Source: Candidatus Moraniibacteriota bacterium (GTDB taxonomy: Bacteria; Patescibacteriota; Minisyncoccia; Moranbacterales; UBA1568). From it: a stretch of 44,578 nt of DNA. The notes beneath the pieces are model-generated. The model ran no database searches. It had not been told where the DNA came from and saw only the letters and a program-made list of their open reading frames with translations. The stretch lies in NCBI GenBank assembly GCA_049289395.1, contig JBATLQ010000015.1:1-44578 (forward strand). Reading direction: 5' to 3'. Shown here piece by piece: positions 24,418 to 33,071 of this stretch (position 1 is its first letter; each line of letters opens with the position of its first letter). Both the position numbers and the translations under genes were made by a program.

Positions 24418-24446
24418 AGTATACTCCAAAAAACCGGTTTTGTCAA
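24418..24446 (-). promoter_or_regulatory. promoter TTGACA-17-TATACT (minus strand)
   Basis: + strand tgtcaa at 24441-24446 and agtata at 24418-24423, with exactly 17 nt between them. Confidence 0.6.
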
Positions 24447-24491
24447 ACGGGGAGTGAGTAAGGTATGATAAGAAGGATGATACGCTGATAG

Positions 24492-24618
24492 GGTTTATAC
24501 TGGTACGGTTTCTCGACTATACCCTGCCCGCCCGAATCGCTACGAATCGTTGCGGGCGGGCTCATCCGAAGACGGACTGCGCTGCGAGGTAGTCTTAAAA
24601 CTCGTACCAGTATAAACC
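24492..24618 (+). repeat. structured repeat (candidate RNA element), copy 1, in the cysS upstream region
   Basis: 16-bp perfect closing helix GGTTTATACTGGTACG / CGTACCAGTATAAACC. It encloses a core shared with 30836-30890 plus a nested GC hairpin at 24526-24560. Confidence 0.65.
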
Positions 24619-24651
24619 TGACGCGATCAATTGAGAGGGAAAGGAATATAT

Positions 24652-26004
24652 ATGACTCAGAAAATCTACAATACTCTGTCGCAGAAGATAGAACCCCTGG
24701 AGACAATGACTCCCGGGAGGATTAATTTCTTCGTGTGCGGACCGACGGTGTATGATATGCCACACTTGGGACATGCGAAGACCTATGTGCAGTTCGATAT
24801 GATGGTGAAATACCTGCGCCTGCGTGGCTTCGAAGTTTTCTACCTGCAGAACATCACCGATATCGATGACAAGATTATTGCGAGGGCGACGGAACAGGGA
24901 ATCGGTTGGGAGGCGCTCGCACGGAAATTCGAAAGTGTCTATCTCGAGGATATGAAAGCGCTCCATGTGAATGCTGTATCGAAGTATATCCGCTCGACGG
25001 ACTATATCGAGGAGGTGGTATCTCAGGTGGAGCGACTCATGGAACAGGGATTTGCTTACCGGACGAGTGATGGGATCTATTTCGAGATCGCGAAATTTGC
25101 CGATTATGGGAAACTCTCGAAGCGGGGTGAAGTGAAGAAAGACGATGCGGTATCCCGTATCGATGCAAGTAGTGAGAAACGGGGTTGGAATGATTTTTGT
25201 CTCTGGAAGCAATCGAAGGAGGGGGAACCGAGCTGGGAGACTCGTATCGGAATTGGTCGGCCGGGCTGGCATATCGAGGATACCGCCATGACGGAGAAAT
25301 TTTTCGGTCCGCAATACGATATCCACGGTGGGGCGATAGACCTCATTTTCCCGCATCACGAAGCTGAATTGACCCAGATGGAGGCACTCTCCGGGAAGTC
25401 GCCCTTCGTCCGGTATTGGATGCATACGGGGTTCCTCAATATCGATTCGGAGAAGATGAGCAAGAGCAAGGGGAATTTCAAGACGATCCGTGAGGCACTG
25501 GTGGAATATGATTACCGGGTACTCCGACTCTTCTTCCTCTCCGCGCAGTATCGTTCCATGATGGACTTCTCGAAGAAGGCTCTGATGCAGGCGAAGAATA
25601 CGCTCACGAGTATCGATGAGTTCGTGTTCCGTATCGAGCGTGACTCTGATGATGTGGAGAATGAATTGGTAGTCGCGAAACTTCGCGAAGAAATTATTTC
25701 CGCGATGGACAATGATTTCAATACGCCACAAGTATTCGCATCACTGTTTGACTTCATGAAGGCGCAGTCGGGAAAGAATTCTGGGAAGCGCGTTTTTGCA
25801 TTGTTTCAGGAGCTTCAATCATTCCTCGATATCTTCCAATTGGAAGGGGATTCGGAGGATGAAGAAATTGAGAAGCTCATCGAAAAGCGGAATGCCTACC
25901 GGGCGGAAGGGAATTATGCAAAGGCCGATGCTATCCGTGATCAGCTCCTCGCCATGGGAGTGAAGCTGTATGACGAAGACGGGAAGACAAAGTACAGAAG
26001 ATAG
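24652..26004 (+). CDS. cysS: cysteine--tRNA ligase
   Basis: HIGH-type motif HLGHAKTY, KMSKS motif EKMSKSKGN, N-terminus MTQKIYNTLSQK. SD GAGGGAAAGG upstream of ATG 24652. Confidence 0.95.
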   Translation: MTQKIYNTLSQKIEPLETMTPGRINFFVCGPTVYDMPHLGHAKTYVQFDMMVKYLRLRGFEVFYLQNITDIDDKIIARATEQGIGWEALARKFESVYLEDMKALHVNAVSKYIRSTDYIEEVVSQVERLMEQGFAYRTSDGIYFEIAKFADYGKLSKRGEVKKDDAVSRIDASSEKRGWNDFCLWKQSKEGEPSWETRIGIGRPGWHIEDTAMTEKFFGPQYDIHGGAIDLIFPHHEAELTQMEALSGKSPFVRYWMHTGFLNIDSEKMSKSKGNFKTIREALVEYDYRVLRLFFLSAQYRSMMDFSKKALMQAKNTLTSIDEFVFRIERDSDDVENELVVAKLREEIISAMDNDFNTPQVFASLFDFMKAQSGKNSGKRVFALFQELQSFLDIFQLEGDSEDEEIEKLIEKRNAYRAEGNYAKADAIRDQLLAMGVKLYDEDGKTKYRR

Positions 26005-26047
26005 AGATGAGGGAATAGAATTTAGAAATCAAAGTGTGCTTTGAGGA

Positions 26048-26082
26048 GCGGTTGTTCCGCTTTTTGAGCGGTGCAACCGCTA
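26048..26082 (+). repeat. post-stop hairpin repeat, copy 2
   Basis: GCGGTTGTTCCGCTTTTTGAGCGGTGCAACCGCTA. The outer stem is CGGTTG/CAACCG, a compensated variant of CGGTCG/CGACCG. Begins 43 nt after the cysS stop. Confidence 0.8.
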
Positions 26083-26212
26083 TTTGAATTAATTTTCTTT
26101 GGTGGTCTTTTTGTATTGTGGATGCTCGTTGTTTGTGTTACTATGGATAGTACGGATGTTATATTGTCCGTTTTTGCAGTATCTTATCAACCAAAATCGA
26201 GGAGTTGACGAA

Positions 26213-26551
26213 ATGGGAACATTGCACCAGTTGGCGCAGAAGGCGATGGCGGCATTGCCCGAAACCAGTTGTGGCACTTGCTTGAAGGTGCGAGCGGCCA
26301 TCGAGGGGTATGTGCTTGCAGTGGAGACGGCACTGTCGAAGCGTTTGGGTCTTGCCGTCGGCGATGAGGTTAGCCCCGAGCAGAGTACCGGTCATGTACT
26401 CTGCATGGAATACGAGGTTCCGAGCATGGCAGAAACGAAGGCCTATCTGGCATCGATCGGGATGTCATTTTCCGAATTTGCTTCCATGAATCCGAAGCTC
26501 GCTGCCTTTCTTGTGCAATCTGATGCCGACATGGAGCTGAAAGCTGCATAA
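26213..26551 (+). CDS. hypothetical protein (112 aa)
   Basis: ATG 26213 is preceded by GAGGAG. The ORF-track N-terminal extension from 26099 looks non-coding. No motif recognised. Confidence 0.45.
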   Translation: MGTLHQLAQKAMAALPETSCGTCLKVRAAIEGYVLAVETALSKRLGLAVGDEVSPEQSTGHVLCMEYEVPSMAETKAYLASIGMSFSEFASMNPKLAAFLVQSDADMELKAA

Positions 26552-26573
26552 CGGTTGCAAAGGTGTTCATAAA

Positions 26574-26611
26574 AGCCGCTCGGGATGAATTTCCTGGGTG
26601 GCTGTTTTTTT
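26574..26611 (+). terminator. intrinsic terminator
   Basis: AGCCGCTCGGG ... CCTGGGTGGCT stem (includes G-U pairs) followed by seven T. Confidence 0.6.
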
Positions 26612-26638
26612 GACAAGAAAGGAGTTTTTGTTTATAAT
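26610..26638 (+). promoter_or_regulatory. consensus promoter TTGACA-17-TATAAT
   Basis: TTGACA 26610-26615, TATAAT 26633-26638, 17-nt spacer. Confidence 0.65.
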
Positions 26639-26653
26639 CACCTTTGACTGAAT

Positions 26654-26678
26654 GAGCGCGAAGGCGCTTTTTGTTTTC
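26654..26678 (+). terminator. terminator-like hairpin about 10 nt downstream of the predicted start site
   Basis: AGCGC-gaag-GCGCT followed by TTTTTGTTTT. Confidence 0.4.
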
Positions 26679-26697
26679 GTAAATTAAATGTAGTCCC

Positions 26698-26750
26698 CTG
26701 ATATCAAGGTCGGTCCTTCAGTGGGTCCCAAGGTCCGACCTCGATATCAG
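26698..26750 (+). promoter_or_regulatory. long leader hairpin (16-bp arms, 1 mismatch)
   Basis: CTGATATCAAGGTCGG ... CCGACCTCGATATCAG with a 21-nt loop, followed by TCTTTT. Confidence 0.5.
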
Positions 26751-26800
26751 TCTTTTCCCTAAGATCTCTAAAACCTCTAACCCCTAAACGCTCTATTTTT

Positions 26801-28588
<1,788 letters not shown>

Positions 28589-28602
28589 TTGGATTTTTCA
28601 TA

Positions 28603-28638
28603 ACGGTCGTTCCGCTTTTTGAGCGGTGCGACCGCTGT
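28603..28638 (+). repeat. post-stop hairpin repeat, copy 3
   Basis: 36/36 identical to copy 1. Begins 14 nt after the typA stop. Confidence 0.8.
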
Positions 28639-28660
28639 GAAAAATTTCAAGATCAAGAAA

Positions 28661-28695
28661 GACGACTTCAATTCGGAGTCGCTTTTATTTTTTTT
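28661..28695 (+). terminator. intrinsic terminator
   Basis: GaCGACTTC-aattc-GGAGTCGC followed by TTTTATTTTTTTT. Confidence 0.65.
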
Positions 28696-28716
28696 AAAAT
28701 CCTCTGTTTTGCGCGA

Positions 28717-28770
28717 GCGGTCGTTCCCCTCCAAAGGCGGGCAAGCGCTTTTGGAGGGGTTTGCCCTGTG
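28717..28770 (+). repeat. variant of the hairpin repeat with a different inner hairpin
   Basis: GCGGTCGTTCC, then CCCTCCAAA..GCGCTTTTGGAGGGG (10-bp stem). GCGCTTTTGGAGGGGT is shared with 44555-44570. Confidence 0.6.
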
Positions 28771-28794
28771 AAATCTTTCTATATTCCACTGGAG

Positions 28795-28866
28795 TGCGAC
28801 CGCCCGCCCGCAATGATTCGCAATCCCGCCCTGGCGGGAGTAGCGATTCGGGCAGGCTGTTTTTTG
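28795..28866. repeat. GC-rich nested palindromic module, inverted relative to 24522-24560
   Basis: Its reverse complement shares CCTGCCC, GAATCGCTAC, GAATC and TTGCGGGCGGG with 24522-24560. It carries an extra hairpin CCCGCC-ct-GGCGGG and is followed by six T. Confidence 0.55.
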
Positions 28867-28908
28867 ATACATGATACAATAAGAGAATAGAGTTGAGGAA
28901 AGAGAGAA

Positions 28909-30663
28909 ATGAACATCAAAGAAATATTTTGGAATAAGGGTTTCGCGGTGCCGATGATGGCATTCCTTTTGTTGTTGGCAGGACTTTTTCTCTCACGGGA
29001 TATTTTTTATCAGATCGCGGTCGGGATCGGGATGTTTCGACTGCTGGAGGAGTCGTATGCGCGGGTGAAGATCGGCAAATGGAACCTCGACTATATCGCG
29101 CTCCTCACGCTCGGGGTCGCGGCGGGGATGGGGGCATGGCTCGTCGGTGCGGTGATCGCGTTCATGGCATCGGTGTCCGCGGCACTGGAGGAATATGGAT
29201 CGACTCGAGCGGAGAAAACGCTTCGGGAACTCCTCGAGCGATTCCCGAAAACGGTGACGCAGGATCTCGGGAGCGATGAGACGAGAATTATCGATATCCA
29301 TGAGGCACACCCGGGCATGACTATTCTCCTGCGTCAGAATGAATTGGTGCCACTCGATGGGGAGCTCCTCTCGGATGCGCTCATCAATGAATCGAATTTG
29401 ACGGGAGAGATAGAACCGCGGGTGTATCGTGCCGGATCGATTTTGAAGAGTGGATCCATCAATGTGGGCGAGATGATTCGTCTCATGGTCTCGGGAGATT
29501 TCGAGCACTCGAGTTATCGGAAGATATTGTTGCTCGTGGAAGAGGGGAAGAAGCATCCATCGGATACCGTGAGATTGGCAGAGAAGTATAATATCGCATT
29601 TACCGGCATCACGCTCATCCTTGCTTTCGGGGCATTTATTATATTCGGAGATATGGGGCGGTTCCTCGCGGTGCTCGCCATCGCGACACCATGTCCGCTT
29701 CTTATCGCGGCGCCAATTAGTTTCATCGGTGGGCTGAACCGTGCGGCCAGGAGCGGTATCGTGGTGAAGTCGCCGAAGATATTGGAACTTCTCGTGAAAA
29801 CCGAATCACTCTTTTTCGACAAGACTGGGACGCTGACCTTGGGAGTGCCGAATCTCGCGCGTATCATTTCACAGGATACGGCGTATACCGAAGGGCGACT
29901 CCTCGACCTCGCTGTGGCATTGGAGAAACATTCATTGCATCCGGTAGCGCGCGCATTTCTCGCGGCGTATGAGCGGGATGGTGGGGAGAAATATCGGGCG
30001 GAGAAAGTGACCGAGAAAATTGGTGAAGGTATTTCAGGAACTATCGATGGGAAGGTGTATCGGCTCGTGAAGGGTATAGGGGATGGTATCGCCATCGATA
30101 TATATGAGGGTGACAGGCGTATCGGACAATTTCTCCTCGATGATGTCCTGAAGGATGATGTCTCGAAACTTTTCCGATACCTGAGCGAGAGAGGATACCA
30201 CCTCGCTATTTTGACGGGGGATCGGAAGGAGAATGCGGATCGGATATTTAAATCATTTCGCGTACCGATTTTTGCGGATTGCGGACCAGAGACGAAGGCA
30301 GAGGCCGTGCGGCGCGGACAGGAACGGGGACTCGTCGGAATCATCGGGGATGGGATGAATGATGCGCCAGCGCTCGCACTCGCGGATGTGGGGATCGTGT
30401 TTTCGGGAACGGAGAACAGTGCGTCGATCGAAGCGGCAGATGTCGTAGTGCTGGGGAATGATGCCTGGAAGATCCGTGATGTTATCCATATCGCGAGGAA
30501 GTCCTATCGGACCGCGCGCGAGAGTATTCTCATCGGTATCGGACTTTCTCTCCTCGGGATGCTCTTCGCTTTTTTCGGCTTCCTCTCTCCGGTACAGGGC
30601 GCGATACTGCAGGAGATCATCGATGCACTCGTCATCGTGAATGCTCTTCGCTCGACCTACTGA
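28909..30663 (+). CDS. heavy-metal P1B-type ATPase with TPCP membrane motif (P1B-5-like), no N-terminal metal-binding domain
   Basis: LTGEIEP, AIATPCPLLIAAP, FFDKTGTLT and GDGMNDAPALALADVGIVF. 584 aa; the N-terminus goes straight into TM helices. Confidence 0.8.
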   Translation: MNIKEIFWNKGFAVPMMAFLLLLAGLFLSRDIFYQIAVGIGMFRLLEESYARVKIGKWNLDYIALLTLGVAAGMGAWLVGAVIAFMASVSAALEEYGSTRAEKTLRELLERFPKTVTQDLGSDETRIIDIHEAHPGMTILLRQNELVPLDGELLSDALINESNLTGEIEPRVYRAGSILKSGSINVGEMIRLMVSGDFEHSSYRKILLLVEEGKKHPSDTVRLAEKYNIAFTGITLILAFGAFIIFGDMGRFLAVLAIATPCPLLIAAPISFIGGLNRAARSGIVVKSPKILELLVKTESLFFDKTGTLTLGVPNLARIISQDTAYTEGRLLDLAVALEKHSLHPVARAFLAAYERDGGEKYRAEKVTEKIGEGISGTIDGKVYRLVKGIGDGIAIDIYEGDRRIGQFLLDDVLKDDVSKLFRYLSERGYHLAILTGDRKENADRIFKSFRVPIFADCGPETKAEAVRRGQERGLVGIIGDGMNDAPALALADVGIVFSGTENSASIEAADVVVLGNDAWKIRDVIHIARKSYRTARESILIGIGLSLLGMLFAFFGFLSPVQGAILQEIIDALVIVNALRSTY

Positions 30664-30721
30664 TAGAAAATAACGGTTAAACCCTTGTATGAGTGCGAGC
30701 GGTTGTTTCCTATTTTTCACA

Positions 30722-30757
30722 ACGGTCACTCCGCTTTTTGAGCGGTGTGTCCGCTGT
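30722..30757 (+). repeat. post-stop hairpin repeat, copy 4 (diverged arms)
   Basis: ACGGTCACTCCGCTTTTTGAGCGGTGTGTCCGCTGT, 58 nt after the ATPase stop. An inverted half-copy GGTTGCACCGCTCAAAAA lies at 30783-30800. Confidence 0.7.
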
Positions 30758-30818
30758 GATAAAATCATCGTAATAAAGCAAGTGGTTGCACCGCTCAAAA
30801 AATATGTGCAGGGGAATA

Positions 30819-30903
30819 CCGATTCATCCACATTTCTCAACCATACCCTGCTCGTCCGAAGACGGACTGCGCTGCGAGGTGGTCTTAAAATGTGATGAAT
30901 CGG
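30819..30903 (+). repeat. structured repeat (candidate RNA element), copy 2
   Basis: Closing helix CCGATTCATCCACATTT / AAATGTGATGAATCGG (16 bp, one bulged C) around a core matching 24512-24526 plus 24561-24600. Confidence 0.65.
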
Positions 30904-30993
30904 TGTTCTATGATAAAAGGAGAAACAAAAAGACTGGCGCGCAGCCAGTCTTTTTTCTATTCTACATTCCCTATTCTATATTCATTCCTCCCC

Positions 30994-31230
30994 TTACTTC
31001 TTCCGAAGGTGCCGAGCGACGAGAGCGGTGATACCGGCGCCGATGGTCGCACCGATACCCGCGGCGATAGCAGTTGCTTTCTCAGGATGCTTCGCGACAT
31101 ACTGCTCGGCTTGTTTGACGGCCTTTCCGAATTCTTTCTTTACCTTAGCAATTTCTTTCGTGGCCATCACCTGCGCTTTCTTCATGTCCTTTACCATTTC
31201 CTTCTCGACCGCACTTTTGACTGACTTCAC
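30994..31230 (-). CDS. small tail-anchored protein, DUF883 (ElaB/YqjD)-like
   Basis: Lys/Glu-rich helix, then KHPEKATAIAAGIGATIGAGITALVARHLRKK (glycine-zipper TM with a basic tail). The start is ambiguous (GTG 31230, or ATG 31246 out of frame across an A9 run). Confidence 0.6.
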   Translation of the reverse strand: MKSVKSAVEKEMVKDMKKAQVMATKEIAKVKKEFGKAVKQAEQYVAKHPEKATAIAAGIGATIGAGITALVARHLRKK

Positions 31231-31264
31231 TATGTTTTTTTTTCATAGTCTTGCTGTTATAAAA

Positions 31265-31594
31265 TTATTTTTTCTTCTGACTACCGACGAGAGAGAAGAC
31301 GATGAAAGAGAGGAGGAGCGTGAGACTGCCGACGAAGAGACTCCCCGCCCCAGGAAAGCGGAAGAACGAATCCATAACGCTACTTACGCCGATGAGGATG
31401 AAGATGTACCCGATGAATCCGGAGAGGAGGAGTAGTGATCGGACGATGGTGATTTGAATGAATTCCTTGAATTGATCCTCGGCGGATTGGATGAATGCCT
31501 TCGCATCGGAGAGTATTCCCTGAGCGACGAGGTTGAAGAGGGATTGCCACCAGAAAGTATGTGGCGCAGATTTTTGTTTTTTCTTGGTAACCAT
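31265..31594 (-). CDS. membrane protein, YqjE/DUF1469 (holin-X superfamily)-like
   Basis: Two TMs (LLLLSGFIGYIFILIGV, LFVGSLTLLLSFIVFSLV) after an amphipathic N-terminus. Adjacency to a DUF883 gene mirrors E. coli yqjD-yqjE. Start set at ATG 31594. Confidence 0.4.
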   Translation of the reverse strand: MVTKKKQKSAPHTFWWQSLFNLVAQGILSDAKAFIQSAEDQFKEFIQITIVRSLLLLSGFIGYIFILIGVSSVMDSFFRFPGAGSLFVGSLTLLLSFIVFSLVGSQKKK

Positions 31595-31600
31595 AAGACA

Positions 31601-31629
31601 AGTATAATTCTTTTTGTGAAAAATAACAA
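31601..31629 (-). promoter_or_regulatory. promoter TTGTTA-17-TATACT with its -10 only 6 nt from ATG 31594 (leaderless mRNA predicted)
   Basis: + strand taacaa at 31624-31629 and agtata at 31601-31606. The minus strand reads TATACTTGTCTTATG. Confidence 0.5.
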
Positions 31630-31637
31630 TGGAAATA

Positions 31638-31646
31638 TGATATAAT
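31638..31646 (+). promoter_or_regulatory. extended -10 element TGaTATAAT
   Basis: atatGATATAATg lies 33 nt upstream of ATG 31680, divergent from the promoter above. Confidence 0.45.
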
Positions 31647-31679
31647 GACAAAGATTAAAGAATACATTTTTCTCTCCCC

Positions 31680-33023
31680 ATGGAATCTGGATTAGACCCA
31701 TCCATCGTCGTCGATCGTCTCCGCGTCCTCTACAATCAAGGGAAGTCCAATGAGACGCGCGCGCTCGAAGAAACGAATATCTCCATTTACCCGAATGAGT
31801 ATGTGATTATTTTCGGTCCTTCAGGTTGTGGCAAATCGACCCTCCTCTACGCCATCGCGGGACTGCAGACACCGACCTACGGGGATATCCGTATCAATGG
31901 CAAAGGGCTCTCGAATATGTCGGAGAAAGAGATGCTGGAGTTGCATCAGGTGGGTGTGGGACTCATCTTTCAGGCATTTTATCTCATCTCATCGCTCACG
32001 GTGCTCGACAATGTGTGTCTGCCCCGGGCATTTATGGGAGAGGGAGTGAAAGCGCGTCGGGCGGAGGGAATCAAACTCCTGCGGCGGTTCGGGATTGCGG
32101 AGCATGCGGACAAATACCCGAGCCAGCTCTCTGGCGGACAGAAACAGCGCGTGGCGATCGCCCGGTCGCTCATCAATAATCCGGGCATTATTCTTGCGGA
32201 TGAACCGGTGGGGAACCTCGACTCCGAATCAGCGGAGAATGTATTGCAGATTTTGAAGGAGCTCAATGAGCATGATGGGAAGACCATCATCATGGTGACG
32301 CACAATCCAGAGCACCTCGTCTATGCCGATCGCGTGATCCGTATGAAGGATGGTCGGGTCATCAGCGAAGAGGTGTTCAAGGAAAAGCGCAAGATTCCGG
32401 AAAAGAAAAAAGTTGAAGAAGAGGCATTGCTGAAACGGCTCCATGAAGCGGATATGCCGAAGGAAACGGAAGAGCTGAAGATGCTCATGGCATCTTTCAA
32501 AAATCTCTTGCCACAGCAGGTGGATGTCCTCCTCATCCCGTTCAAGGCGAAACAACTCATGGCACATGTTCTCTCCGAACTGTCCGATGAACAGGTCGCC
32601 ATGGGAGAGAGTTTCCTCAAAGAGCTCCTCTTCAAGAACATCGATGGGGAGCGTTTCAGCGAGTCGCTCGACAAGGATCTGGAACAGGGCGGCGCGGGGT
32701 GGAACAAATCTCGAGCGACATCCTTCACCGAACGGATTACGGGTATTATCGGGCAAGCTGATGTGAGCAAGACCATGCCGAGTCAGGCACCGATGTCTAT
32801 CGCGCTCTATCTGAAAAAGCGATTCCATTTGACACTCAGTCCCGCGCAGGAAATTCGCTTGCAATCCACGCTGAAGCTCCGACTCGATAGCAAAATTGGT
32901 CAGAAAGAACTCATGCGCCGGCTCGACGCGCCACAGGATATCGGGGGTGTCGGTATCAATCGGCTCACTGCAGAGAAAATGGTTCGTGAAATTGAAATCA
33001 TCATGCTCATCAAATACTCCTAA
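31680..33023 (+). CDS. ABC transporter ATP-binding protein (MacB/FtsE-like) with a C-terminal extension of about 220 aa
   Basis: GPSGCGKSTLL, LSGGQKQRVAIARS and ILADEPVGNLD fall in aa 1-225. aa 226-447 is acidic and helical with no motif I recognise. Confidence 0.85.
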   Translation: MESGLDPSIVVDRLRVLYNQGKSNETRALEETNISIYPNEYVIIFGPSGCGKSTLLYAIAGLQTPTYGDIRINGKGLSNMSEKEMLELHQVGVGLIFQAFYLISSLTVLDNVCLPRAFMGEGVKARRAEGIKLLRRFGIAEHADKYPSQLSGGQKQRVAIARSLINNPGIILADEPVGNLDSESAENVLQILKELNEHDGKTIIMVTHNPEHLVYADRVIRMKDGRVISEEVFKEKRKIPEKKKVEEEALLKRLHEADMPKETEELKMLMASFKNLLPQQVDVLLIPFKAKQLMAHVLSELSDEQVAMGESFLKELLFKNIDGERFSESLDKDLEQGGAGWNKSRATSFTERITGIIGQADVSKTMPSQAPMSIALYLKKRFHLTLSPAQEIRLQSTLKLRLDSKIGQKELMRRLDAPQDIGGVGINRLTAEKMVREIEIIMLIKYS

Positions 33024-33043
33024 TGACAAACAATTTCCAATGA

Positions 33044-33071
33044 TCAATTCTCAATTCTCAATTCTCAATCA
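33044..33071. repeat. heptamer tandem repeat (TCAATTC x3 plus TCAATCA)
   Basis: Read directly: tcaattc tcaattc tcaattc tcaatca. Confidence 0.8.

Noticed and set aside
24440-24651. T-box riboswitch upstream of cysS
   Set aside because: CTGGTACGG loosely resembles the UGGNACC of a T-box. However, there is no AGGGUGGNACCGCG consensus, no specifier-loop architecture that I can trace, and no terminator or SD-sequestering helix. The same core also recurs at 30836-30890, where no aminoacyl-tRNA synthetase gene follows.
24595-25731. 378-aa minus-strand ORF
   Set aside because: It is antisense to cysS, whose HIGH and KMSKS motifs fix the + frame.
30689-30895. 68-aa + strand ORF in the ATPase downstream spacer
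   Set aside because: It is composed of the hairpin repeat (TVTPLFERCVRC is the repeat translated) and the structured-repeat copy. No start context. Non-coding.
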